64,000 nucleotides of DNA, from assembly GCA_026398415.1 (NCBI GenBank), contig JAPLSY010000030.1, forward strand, positions 21,306 to 85,305. The letters are read 5' to 3'. Source of the stretch: Kiritimatiellota bacterium. GTDB taxonomy: Bacteria; Verrucomicrobiota; Kiritimatiellia; JAAZAB01. How positions within the stretch are numbered: the first letter of the stretch is position 1; every line of letters begins with the position of its first letter. Under the pieces are notes generated by a model. It did not search any database and had not been told where the DNA came from. It saw nothing but the letters and a program-made list of their open reading frames with translations. A program made the translations under genes and the position numbers. Below, in pieces: positions 27,558 through 36,576 of the stretch.

Positions 27558-29012
27558 TCAGGGCTTTGGGTTTTGCGTGGCGGCGGACGAAGGGACCAGG
27601 AGCGGCGCATTTACCGGCGGCGTTCCCAGGATAATAAGACTGAGTTCGGCAAGGACGAGTTCGCGTTGGGTGTGCGCTTCAATCTCGGCCAGTTGAAAAT
27701 TAAGCAGGGTTCGCTCGGCATCAATCAGGTTGAAAAAATCAATCCGGCCAGCCAGGTAGCCGGAGCGGGCAACTTCCAGCGACTGCCGCGCTTTGGGGAT
27801 CAGTTGTTCCTGCAACAGGGCCAGATTGCGGCTGATCTCGCGGAAGGCAAACGTTTGTTCGGCGAAATCCATGGCCAATGTAATCTGTTCTCCGGTGAGC
27901 CGGGCTTGGGCCGCGCGTTTGTCGGACTGCGCGGCAGCAATTTCAGCGGCGATTTTGTCGCGCCAAACGGGCAGGGTCATGCCGAACAAAGGGCGGAACA
28001 TCGTGGGCGCGGCTTTGACGTCGGCCATGAGGCCCAAGCCAAAATCCGGCACGCGCGTCTTATAGGCCAGGTCCAGCGCTGCTTCGGCACGCCGCACATC
28101 GGCCTCCATTGCTTTGAGACGAGGGTTCCGGACAAAGGCTTCCGCCAACAACCGGTCGGAAGTCAAGTCAAGCGGTGTGGATTCAAAGCGCGCCGGCACC
28201 GGCGGATTGGATTGTTCCGCCGTCAAGCCCAAGGCTGCCTTCAGCCGGGCCAGGAGCGGCTCTCTCGAGTCTTCCAGATTAGCAATGTCGGTCGCGAGCC
28301 GATCCTCTTCAATCTGGGCGCGCAACACGTCTTGCAACGTCACCCGGCCCACGTCATTCTGTGCACGGGCAATTTGTTCCAATTCCATCAGCAGGTTCAA
28401 CATCTGGCGGTTGATGCGGATGCGCTCATCCAGGAAATACGATTGATAATAGGCCCGTTTGAAGGCAAAGGCGGTCTGCAGGACGACGGATTCAAAGGTG
28501 AAGTATTTCGTCTGGCTCTCCGCCGAAGCCGCCTGGGCGCGCAAGCCAAGCTTGCCGGGACCCGGAAATTCCTGCATCAGCCCCGGCATGACGGTCATCA
28601 CCACGTCGGCAATATCGCTCTGGAACGTCAACTGGGGATCGGGCAGGGAACGTTCGACCGTAATGCGCTCGACCGATGCGACCCAATCATAATACGCCGA
28701 CTCTACTTGCGGGTGGTTCAACATGGCGAACCGCAAGAAGTCGTTCAGCGGCGAGTTGGTCGAGAGCGTCGGCATCGCCGGCCGCTGACCGTTGGGCCGG
28801 TAAATTGTTTCGATCGCTTGTTGATTCCGATGCGCCGCTTTCTCCCCGGGCGACTGAACACCCACACAACCGACCAGCAGGAAAACCATAGCAAAACCGC
28901 CGAGAACCAAGCATAGCCAGGACCCGCCGCGCATCGCATCCACGCTGAGGACGGCATCCATTCCCCGGCATGGGTCCCACGGTCTTTTTCCAATCCCTTT
29001 CTTCGTTTTCAT
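27558..29012 (-). CDS. TolC family outer-membrane efflux lipoprotein (CusC-like)
   Basis: Lipobox LLVGC, SLPDP, GYLAGRIDFFNLIDAER; start uncertain. Confidence 0.85.
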   Translation of the reverse strand: MKTKKGIGKRPWDPCRGMDAVLSVDAMRGGSWLCLVLGGFAMVFLLVGCVGVQSPGEKAAHRNQQAIETIYRPNGQRPAMPTLSTNSPLNDFLRFAMLNHPQVESAYYDWVASVERITVERSLPDPQLTFQSDIADVVMTVMPGLMQEFPGPGKLGLRAQAASAESQTKYFTFESVVLQTAFAFKRAYYQSYFLDERIRINRQMLNLLMELEQIARAQNDVGRVTLQDVLRAQIEEDRLATDIANLEDSREPLLARLKAALGLTAEQSNPPVPARFESTPLDLTSDRLLAEAFVRNPRLKAMEADVRRAEAALDLAYKTRVPDFGLGLMADVKAAPTMFRPLFGMTLPVWRDKIAAEIAAAQSDKRAAQARLTGEQITLAMDFAEQTFAFREISRNLALLQEQLIPKARQSLEVARSGYLAGRIDFFNLIDAERTLLNFQLAEIEAHTQRELVLAELSLIILGTPPVNAPLLVPSSAATQNPKP

Positions 29013-29436
29013 CGTTGCACCAGTCGGCCGTTTCGGCTTGGATTTCCAAATGATCGATTTCAATCCTGATTCGTGTTGACAAGATAAACTGACTATGGTC
29101 CGGGCAATGCCACATGCCATAGGCTTATTCGAGCATATCACCTTTCCTGTTTTCGTCAATTACCGGGCGCACTTCAAAAAAACTTTGTTCAATATGCAAA
29201 CTGTTTTGCTTGACTGTTAATCGCCTGCTTTTGTCAGATGCTCCAGCGAGCCAATTCTTTATCCTTCAGACTTGACCTCCCGGCCACCCTTTAACATATT
29301 ACCGCCATTAATAGTTTCATCAGGTCGGTTCCGAGTGGCGAGTATTGGATTACTGCGGCTGAAGCCGAACCTGCAAAGTGGTTCTCCGGGAAGATTCAGG
29401 AGTGGCTGGCAAAGATCGGCACAAAGGCGAGCAAAC

Positions 29437-30369
29437 ATGAAACAAACATGGATTGACACGCACATACACGTGTCTGATGTCGGGCCGGACGGAACGCGCC
29501 GCGAGAGGATGCTCGAGAACCTGCTGAACGTGCTCGACCGCTGTGACGCGGATCTGCGCTTTGTGATCAGTTGCGATAGTCCGTACACATGGCATATGAT
29601 TCAAGATCCGGTTGGGATGATGGAGGGGAACCGTTTCATTTACGAACTGGTCCGCCGCGCGCCCGGGCGGCTTTACGGAAGCTGCACGATCAACCCCAAC
29701 TTACTCGAGGAGTCGCTACGGGTGATGGACGTCTGCTTCAGTGAATGGGGATTCGTGCAGTTGGGCGAGATGCTGCAGTACATGATGAACTACCGCATGG
29801 ACAGCGATGCCGGAGAGGCGGTCGTGCGGCACGCCGTCAAGTACAACGTCCCGGTGCAAGTCCACCTGGGAACCTACTGCCGGCCCAAACACCAGGGCGG
29901 CCGGTATCGGGATGAGACCTCTGGCGACGGCATTTTCCATATCGCGGACCTTCTGGGAGTCGCGCAGCGTGTGCCGGAGGCCAAGTACGTCCTCGCCCAC
30001 GCCATCGGATGCGGACCCACTCCAGATTACATCTCTTGGGCCGATATGTTCCTGGACGTCATCCAGGGGTCGTATGACACGTATCCCGACAATTTCTGGA
30101 TCGAGATCAGGGACTTTCAGTGCAAAGCGTTACCGCGAACGATCCGCGACGTACCGACCAACCGCCTGCTCGCCGGAACAGACTGGGTGACACGGGTTGG
30201 TCCACCGTTCCAGCCATACGGAACCATGTTTGATGTGAAGGCGGGCCAGAATCCCTTCCCGCCAAAGGTGTCGTCCTTCGTGGAATTCCTCCGTGCCGCC
30301 GGGGCAACGGAGAACGATATTCAGCGCATCGGAGCCGAGAACGCCAGGGAACTTTTCCGCCTTCCGTGA
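29437..30369 (+). CDS. Amidohydrolase family metal-dependent hydrolase
   Basis: IDTHIH, QVHLG, LAHAIG, LAGTDW, GAENARELF. Confidence 0.85.
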   Translation: MKQTWIDTHIHVSDVGPDGTRRERMLENLLNVLDRCDADLRFVISCDSPYTWHMIQDPVGMMEGNRFIYELVRRAPGRLYGSCTINPNLLEESLRVMDVCFSEWGFVQLGEMLQYMMNYRMDSDAGEAVVRHAVKYNVPVQVHLGTYCRPKHQGGRYRDETSGDGIFHIADLLGVAQRVPEAKYVLAHAIGCGPTPDYISWADMFLDVIQGSYDTYPDNFWIEIRDFQCKALPRTIRDVPTNRLLAGTDWVTRVGPPFQPYGTMFDVKAGQNPFPPKVSSFVEFLRAAGATENDIQRIGAENARELFRLP

Positions 30370-30531
30370 AAAGTCTCCTGCTTGTCATCCGGTACTCGTG
30401 CGTGGCATATCCTGGAGAACGGTCGCCAGATTGTGCCGCCCTCCCGGGTTGCACAAAAGCCAACATAATTGAGGGACGGAATTCTTCCCTGGTTCTCTCG
30501 CCTGGGCGAAGCGCTTCGGCGGAGCCTGGTC

Positions 30532-30566
30532 GTTCTTTGTTCTTTGTTCCGCACGCTTCACGTGCT
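30532..30566 (+). repeat. Short heptamer array at thiG 3' end
   Basis: GTTCTTT GTTCTTT GTTCCGC ACGCTTC ACGTGCT. Confidence 0.5.
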
Positions 30567-31343
30567 TCCGGCATTCGAAAGGAACGAGGTCAGCGGACTG
30601 GTGGGGACGGCCTCCTCGCTCTGGGACATGATCCCGGCCAGACGCGCGGAATGACCGGCCTGCACGGCTAAAGCAAAGGCGGCGGCCATAGCCACGGGAT
30701 CGCCGGCGATGGCAATGGCGCTATTGACCAGCACGGCATCGCACCCGATTTCCATGGCCAGGGCGGCATCGGCAGGCGAACGCAATCCCGCATCCACAAT
30801 CACCGGCACGCGACTGTCGCGGATAATGATTTTAAGCAGGTCGGCCGTGGCCAGGCCGTGGCCCGTGCCGATCCCCGACCCCAAGGGCATGACCGACGCA
30901 CAGCCGACATCTTCCAGACGCTTGGCCAGGACCGGATCGGCCGGCATGTAGGGCATGACCACAAAACCTTCCGCCGCCAGGATCCTGGTGGCCTCCAGGG
31001 TTTCAATCGCATCCGGCATCAGGTGATGGGGATTGGGATGGATTTCCACCTTGATAAACTTGCTGCCGCTGAGTTCCCGGGCGATGCGGGCGGCCTTGAC
31101 GGCCTCCTGCGCGTTGCAGGCCCCGGACGTGTTCGGCATGAGCGTCAGGCCCTTGATGGTCAACAACGGGCCCAGCAGATCATCCGAGGGCCGTTCCCGA
31201 TTGAACCGGCGCAAAGCCACGGTCACAAGCTGGGCGCCGGAAGCCTGAATGGCTTTCAGCATGGTTTCGGCATCCGAAAACTTACCCGTCCCCAGGATCA
31301 GGCGCGAGGTGAAGGTGTGTTGGCCTAATGTTAAAGAATCCAT
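30558..31343 (-). CDS. thiG: Thiazole synthase
   Basis: [49 protein letters not shown]. Confidence 0.95.
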   Translation of the reverse strand: MDSLTLGQHTFTSRLILGTGKFSDAETMLKAIQASGAQLVTVALRRFNRERPSDDLLGPLLTIKGLTLMPNTSGACNAQEAVKAARIARELSGSKFIKVEIHPNPHHLMPDAIETLEATRILAAEGFVVMPYMPADPVLAKRLEDVGCASVMPLGSGIGTGHGLATADLLKIIIRDSRVPVIVDAGLRSPADAALAMEIGCDAVLVNSAIAIAGDPVAMAAAFALAVQAGHSARLAGIMSQSEEAVPTSPLTSFLSNAGST

Positions 31344-31353
31344 GGCAAAACCA

Positions 31354-31479
31354 GTGATCAGTGATTAGTAATCAGTTATCAGTTCTTCGTTCTTGGTTCT
31401 TCGTTTTTGGTTCTTCGTTTTTTGTTCTTCGTTTTGCATTCGACGTTAAGCGTTTGACGTTGGGCATTGAGCGTTTGCT
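31354..31479 (+). repeat. Composite array of 18 in-phase heptamers from three motif families
   Basis: 4x GT(G/A/T)AT(C/T)A, 8x GTT(C/T)TT(C/G/T)-like, 6x (G/A)TTnnnC-like, all in one 7-nt register. Confidence 0.85.
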
Positions 31480-31514
31480 TCTTCCCTTTTCAGACTGTCG
31501 TCCGTTGTCTGGCC

Positions 31515-31895
31515 TCACGTCTTCATCAATTTCCGGCGCTGGACGGCAACGATTTCATTGATCCGTTTGGGATTCGGCAAGCCGCGGGCAACCAGTTCAT
31601 AGCCTTCCACACCCGAGGTGGCCATCTTGATATCGCCAATCCGGCACAGCCGCTGGAAAAACGACTGGCTAATTTCAACCGTGTTGATGTCCGTTATCGC
31701 CAGATCTACAACGCGCTTGCTGACGAGCCCGGTTTCCAGAACTACCCGGTCCGGATATACACGCAAAGTCAGACTGGCCTGCTTCCAGAGCGCGATCACC
31801 AGCGGGATCAACAGCCACCCGAACACCAGGTACCCGAAGTAATGCCACCAGGATGGCTCCACTTCCAGCAGGAGGTCTTCCGTATCTTCAAACAC
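31515..31895 (-). CDS. Bacterial PH-domain membrane protein
   Basis: One hydrophobic segment then YPDRVVLETGLVSK...I.TVEISQSFFQRL..IGDI. Confidence 0.75.
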   Translation of the reverse strand: MFEDTEDLLLEVEPSWWHYFGYLVFGWLLIPLVIALWKQASLTLRVYPDRVVLETGLVSKRVVDLAITDINTVEISQSFFQRLCRIGDIKMATSGVEGYELVARGLPNPKRINEIVAVQRRKLMKT

Positions 31896-31985
31896 CTCTT
31901 CATCCTCCGGATCTTATGTCCGCATGGGGCATGGTTCACGGTTCCAAGGTTATCGGATCATATGACAAGGGCGATCTTGACGGAT

Positions 31986-32034
31986 TTGTCCGGCGTCTGT
32001 CGTCTGTCATCCGTCGTCGGGCTTCCGTCCCCCG
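31986..32034 (+). repeat. Heptamer array, TCGTCCG family (7 units) immediately after methyltransferase stop
   Basis: TTGTCCG GCGTCTG TCGTCTG TCATCCG TCGTCGG GCTTCCG TCCCCCG. Confidence 0.7.
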
Positions 32035-32036
32035 CC

Positions 32037-33050
32037 CTACCCAAGCTTGCCTGCGCGATGAGCGGCAATAAAATTCATGCCAAAATCGTCCGTGCCCAGC
32101 AGGAGCGCCTTGGCCAGCTGGAACGGCTCCGCGTTTGCGTCCAGACCCTGAAGGATTTTGGCATTGATCTGGAGCGGGTCCACAATACCGCCATCGCCGC
32201 CGGCTTCCACCGCCAGATAAGCGAAGACCTGGTTGATCAGCTTGCGGGCGGGCATGCCAAAGGACACATTGCTCAAGCCGCCGATAATGTGAACGGCGGG
32301 ACCGTACTTTGCCCGGATCGCTTGCACGGCGGCCAAAAACATCTTGCCGTTGTTCGCTTCCGTGGAAATTGTATAAACAAGCGGGTCCACGTGAATCCAA
32401 TCCATCTGGATGCCCTTGGCCGTCAACTGCGGGATCAGCCGTCCCAAATTATCCAGGCGTTCCTCCGTGTTAGCAGGCAGGCCTTTTTCACCGGCGGCGG
32501 AGGCCACCACGGCCGGTTTATACTCGGCCACCGCGCCCAGGAGCCCGATGCGCTCCAGGGAAATGGAGTTCACCATCGGCCGACCGCGGGCTTTTTCGCA
32601 GGCTTTCAGGCCGGCGCGCATGATATCGCTGTTGGAGGAATCGATGCTGAGCGGCAGGCGGGAGGCGCCCTGGACCAGCGCCGCCGTCCACTGCACAGCC
32701 TTGATCCGTTCCGGCAAATCCATGCTGAATTCATCCACGTTTACATCGAGGAACGAAGCCCCGGCCTTCTCCTGCTTGGCCGCCATGACCCGCAGGTAAT
32801 CGCAACCGGCTTCCTGCGCGGGTCCCTGTCCGTAAAGCCCCTGCCAGATCGCCGCAACGCAGTGCTTGATTTTTCCGTTTTCCCAGTCGGCGCTTTTCAA
32901 TAAAATTTCGGGAATGGGCAATGTTTTCTTCTTGCCGCCATCGTCATAGCGAATGACGCGCGCAGCGGCATCCACCAGGTTGCCATCGCGCTTCAGCACG
33001 CGCGTGCAATGAATGTTCTCACCGATCACAATAAAGGTTTTGATCTGCAT
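32037..33050 (-). CDS. Methyltetrahydrofolate:corrinoid methyltransferase (pterin-binding TIM barrel, AcsE/MT2 type)
   Basis: VIGENIH, LDVN, PLSIDS, MVNSI, VDPLV, GGLSNVSFGMP, IVDP. Confidence 0.88.
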   Translation of the reverse strand: MQIKTFIVIGENIHCTRVLKRDGNLVDAAARVIRYDDGGKKKTLPIPEILLKSADWENGKIKHCVAAIWQGLYGQGPAQEAGCDYLRVMAAKQEKAGASFLDVNVDEFSMDLPERIKAVQWTAALVQGASRLPLSIDSSNSDIMRAGLKACEKARGRPMVNSISLERIGLLGAVAEYKPAVVASAAGEKGLPANTEERLDNLGRLIPQLTAKGIQMDWIHVDPLVYTISTEANNGKMFLAAVQAIRAKYGPAVHIIGGLSNVSFGMPARKLINQVFAYLAVEAGGDGGIVDPLQINAKILQGLDANAEPFQLAKALLLGTDDFGMNFIAAHRAGKLG

Positions 33051-33153
33051 AATTCAGCCTTTCCATTGTATGGTTCCAACTCTCTTCACAACGACGCCGA
33101 TTAATATACGCCAACCGCCCGACCCGACAAGCAAAATTGGCGCACCACGACGG

Positions 33154-33191
33154 AAAAAAACCGCCCCGCTGGAGTTACCCAGCAGGGCGGC
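33154..33191 (-). terminator. Rho-independent terminator after corrinoid protein gene
   Basis: Minus strand CCGCCCTGCTGG-GTAACT-CCAGCGGGGCGG-TTTTTTT. Confidence 0.8.
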
Positions 33192-33219
33192 TTTAAATAT
33201 ACAGGACAATAGACCGAGT

Positions 33220-33858
33220 TTACTTGACGCCCGACAGCTTTTTCGCCAAATCGGCGGCCGAAGCGGCATCCGGCGCGTAACCATCGGCGCCGATCTCATC
33301 GGCAAACGCCTGGGTCACGGGCGCGCCGCCGATCATGACCTTGACTTTGCCGCTCATACCCGCCGCCTTGACGGCTTCCACGACGCTCTTCATATTGGTC
33401 ATGGTGGTCGTCAGCAGGGCGGAGGCCCCGATCAGGTTGGCGTTATTTTCCTTGGCCAACTGGACCATTTTATCGGGCTCCACGTTGATGCCCGCATCCA
33501 CGATCTTGAAACCAGCCCCTTCCAGCATCATGCACACCAGGTTTTTGCCAATGTCATGCAGATCGCCCTTGACGGTTCCCACAACGACCGTGCCCTTCGG
33601 CTGAACACCGGCGGCGGCCAGGAGCGGCTTCAACTGTTCCATACCCGCTTTCATAGCGCGGGCGGCAATCAGCACTTCCGGCACATAGACTTCGTTCTTC
33701 TTGAACCGCTCGCCGATAATGCTCATGCCGGACAGCAAGCCCTTATTCAGAATGTCGGCCGGTTTGATCTTTTCCGCGACGGCCTTCGCGACTAGTTCCT
33801 TAACGTCCTTGGCCTTACCCTTGATCAAGTTCTCCGTGATTTGCTCCAATACGCTCAT
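33220..33858 (-). CDS. Corrinoid (cobalamin-binding) protein, MtbC/MttC/MtvC type
   Basis: N-terminal cap (GLLSGM..IGERF..NEVYVPE), GDLHDIGKNLV (DxHxxG), SALLTTT, GGAP; RBS AGGAGG. Confidence 0.93.
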   Translation of the reverse strand: MSVLEQITENLIKGKAKDVKELVAKAVAEKIKPADILNKGLLSGMSIIGERFKKNEVYVPEVLIAARAMKAGMEQLKPLLAAAGVQPKGTVVVGTVKGDLHDIGKNLVCMMLEGAGFKIVDAGINVEPDKMVQLAKENNANLIGASALLTTTMTNMKSVVEAVKAAGMSGKVKVMIGGAPVTQAFADEIGADGYAPDAASAADLAKKLSGVK

Positions 33859-34010
33859 GTAACCCTCCTGTTTGCCCGCCTGCATCCGGCAGTTGCCGGA
33901 AGCATTGCGGGCAGTTTATTACCCGGCTTGTTTACGACGTTGATCCCTTTGCCCAATTCGATCTAAAAACACAGCCTTACCATACGGGAACCCCGGTTAA
34001 AAGATAGACA

Positions 34011-34039
34011 AATAATGCTTGATTTTATAACATTCTTGC
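34011..34039 (+). promoter_or_regulatory. Third instance of the 21-bp-spaced AnTnnTGC direct repeat, between corrinoid gene and second PocR-AraC
   Basis: AATAATGC (34011-34018) and ATTCTTGC (34032-34039). Confidence 0.45.
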
Positions 34040-34069
34040 TGTATTTAAAAAAATAGTGCCGAATATTGA

Positions 34070-35395
34070 ATGTTTTTCAAGCCGGCAAGGCCTGGTTTTA
34101 TGACAATTCTATCCAAACGCATGATCGCGGAAGTTAGCCGATCCTACCACCAAACTTTCGGTTTGTACGCCCTGCCCATCACCATCAGCGGCGAACGCTG
34201 GCCGGACCGGCCATCGCCGGCGGACCGCTCATCAGCAGCGGACCGGGCACACCGCTTGTCAGCGGCGCACCGCTCGTTAGTGGAGCGCCTGCCGACGGCC
34301 GTGCAGACGCGAGCCTACAGTTTGCAGGAAGCATTGCATTGGGGCGAACCGTACCTGTTTTATCCCGTGGCCGGCCTGATGAGCTGGGTGGTGGCCTTGG
34401 TGGACCAGCATGCCGTGCGGGGCGGCCTGCTGGGCGGCGAGGTGCGCCCCCAGGGTCAACCACTGGCCGAAAGCATACAGGGCCTGGTAGGCCAGGGCAT
34501 TGCTCTGTCGGCCGCGCGGCAATACATCGCCCGCCTGCCGATCTGGAACGCCGCGCGTATTCGGGAAGCGGCCGTGGCCCTGGAAAAAACATTTTATCAG
34601 GTCAGCGGCTGGAAGCCGCTGCTCCTGGAGGAAAACCGGCTCAAGGCCGCCCAACAGCGGCAAATCGCGGAAGCCATCGAAGATCAGAAAAAAAACGGCA
34701 AGACCGCCTACCCGATTGACAAGGAACGCATGTTGCTCTCGCTGATCCGCGCAGGCGATCAGAACGGCGCGCGGCGCGTGCTTAATGAAATGTTAGGCGC
34801 CATGTACCTGTTTTCGCCCAAGCTGGCGGTCCTGCGCGCGCGGAGCATCGAAATGATGGGCTACCTTACGCGGGCCGCCGTCGAGGACAGCCCGCTCATG
34901 GAGCCGCTCATCGAGCGCAACCACCACTGGATGCAAAAGCTCATCAGCGCACCCGATTTTGAAATGCTGTCCCACGTGCTGATGCAGGCCCTGGACGACT
35001 TCATGCAGGGCATTTATGCACATGGCTTCAACGTCTATAACCCCAAGGTCAGCCGCATCCTCGACTTTGTCGCCCAGCATTATACCAAGCCGATCACGCT
35101 GGAGCAGATCGCCACGGCCACGGACCTGAGCGTTTTCCGCGTAAGTCACCTGGTGAAGCAAAACACAGGCAAGTCCGTCCTCCAGCACGTCATGCAGTTG
35201 CGCATCCAGAAGGCGCGGCAGTTGCTGGAACGCTCGTCTCTCAGTTGTTCGGAAATCGCCTACGAGTTGGGATTCTGCGATCAGAGCTATTTCATCAAGC
35301 ATTTCAAGCGCCTGACCGGAATCACCCCCCGGCGTTATCGCCGCGCGCCCTCGACGTTCGGGCCTGCGGTTCAAACACCACCCTTGCGCTCCTAA
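34070..35395 (+). CDS. AraC-family regulator with PocR-like sensor domain
   Basis: GEPYLF..VAGL...RGGLLGGEV; CSEIAYELGFCDQSYFIKHFKRLTGITPRRYR; start may be 34100. Confidence 0.88.
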   Translation: MFFKPARPGFMTILSKRMIAEVSRSYHQTFGLYALPITISGERWPDRPSPADRSSAADRAHRLSAAHRSLVERLPTAVQTRAYSLQEALHWGEPYLFYPVAGLMSWVVALVDQHAVRGGLLGGEVRPQGQPLAESIQGLVGQGIALSAARQYIARLPIWNAARIREAAVALEKTFYQVSGWKPLLLEENRLKAAQQRQIAEAIEDQKKNGKTAYPIDKERMLLSLIRAGDQNGARRVLNEMLGAMYLFSPKLAVLRARSIEMMGYLTRAAVEDSPLMEPLIERNHHWMQKLISAPDFEMLSHVLMQALDDFMQGIYAHGFNVYNPKVSRILDFVAQHYTKPITLEQIATATDLSVFRVSHLVKQNTGKSVLQHVMQLRIQKARQLLERSSLSCSEIAYELGFCDQSYFIKHFKRLTGITPRRYRRAPSTFGPAVQTPPLRS

Positions 35396-35523
35396 TCCGG
35401 TTTTGGCATCCTCCCCCATGCAAGCGCTCTTTCAGGCTGGTTTTAATGGGTGCGTATCCGTACCGCCCGAAAAGCGCTTTCTTATCACCCGGACAAACAG
35501 TGCAAATTAATAAAAAAGAAAAT

Positions 35524-36480
35524 ATGAAGGCGGCGCTTGAACGTCGCCAGCCTGAATGGGCGGTGCCCATATGGGAACTTGAATTCCATATTTGGAATTT
35601 ATTTTCAGACAAAAAAATAATTCTGGGCACAGAGTTTGTCTCGCTGACGGCCGGCGAACAGGAACGTGCCCTGCATATGAACGCCGCGGTCATGGCCGAC
35701 GTTGCCGCGAAAATGCATTTTTCGGCGATGACGGTTCCCGGCGGTTACTGGGAAATTGCGCCCGGCAAACCGGCCTATTACTGGCTACCGCCTGAGGCGC
35801 GCTTACGGCAAACCGCAATCCTTGTTGAGGCGGTTGGTGCTGAAATCCTGCTGATCGCCAATACCGGCGGTGTTATAAGCATGCCGGGTTCCAACGACTA
35901 CGTGGAATTTTCCTACAAACTCTTCGATGCCCCGGAAGAAATCGATGCGCGGGCCCGCAACACGTTAGCGTCGGGCCTGGATAGTGCAAAACGTTTACGG
36001 GATTTAGGGGTCGAGGGCATGTGTTCCCCGTCGGACATTGCGGATAACAAGGGGCTGTTTTTCAATCCGGAGCAAATGCGGCGTTTTATTCTGCCCTATC
36101 TCGGCGAGTGGGCGCGGGAGGTCAAAAAGCTCGGCGCTTACAGCATTCTGCACACGGACGGCAATCTATCTGCGTGCCTGGAAGATATTGCCGCCAGCGG
36201 CATTGACGCGCTCCAGGCAATCGATCCGGTTGCCGGAATGGATATTCGCAAAGTAAAAATCCAAGCAGGTAAACGGCTGTGCCTCTGCGGCAACGTTGAC
36301 TGCGGTTTGTTGCTGTCCGGAATGCCCGCTGATGTGTACCAGGCAACGCGCGATCTGCTGTTGGACTGCAAGCAAGGTGGCGGACTTGTGCTGGGAGCAT
36401 CTAATGCCATCCAACAGGAAGTTTCCAGAGCTAACTATTGCGCCATGATCGAAGCATGGAAAGATTATGGCCGGTATTAA
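35524..36480 (+). CDS. UroD/MtaA-fold (methylcobamide methyltransferase-like) protein
   Basis: SDIADNKGLFFNPE.MRRFILPY, ILHTDGN, LCGNVD, GGGLVLGASN; lacks HemE MRQAGR motif; start uncertain (GTG 35500). Confidence 0.85.
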   Translation: MKAALERRQPEWAVPIWELEFHIWNLFSDKKIILGTEFVSLTAGEQERALHMNAAVMADVAAKMHFSAMTVPGGYWEIAPGKPAYYWLPPEARLRQTAILVEAVGAEILLIANTGGVISMPGSNDYVEFSYKLFDAPEEIDARARNTLASGLDSAKRLRDLGVEGMCSPSDIADNKGLFFNPEQMRRFILPYLGEWAREVKKLGAYSILHTDGNLSACLEDIAASGIDALQAIDPVAGMDIRKVKIQAGKRLCLCGNVDCGLLLSGMPADVYQATRDLLLDCKQGGGLVLGASNAIQQEVSRANYCAMIEAWKDYGRY

Positions 36481-36576
36481 GATTCATAAAACGATGATTT
36501 TACACAAACATCAGCGTTGCGGTGATTACCTCAATAAAGACGGTGTATAAACTATTCACCCTGTTGGAGAAAATTA

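Noticed and set aside
22740-28916. Plus-strand ORFs 22740-23543, 23763-25052 and 27528-28916
   Set aside because: Antisense shadows of cusA and the TolC gene.
31344-31514. TPP riboswitch upstream of thiG
   Set aside because: No CTGAGA / GAACCTGA / GGATAATGCC-type motifs; the region is a heptamer array.
33985-34005. Cobalamin riboswitch (GGGAACCCCGGTTAAAA resembles the 5' core)
   Set aside because: Downstream conserved elements (TCC, GCCCCCGC, ACTGT, B12 box) are absent and it lies on the strand opposite the corrinoid gene.
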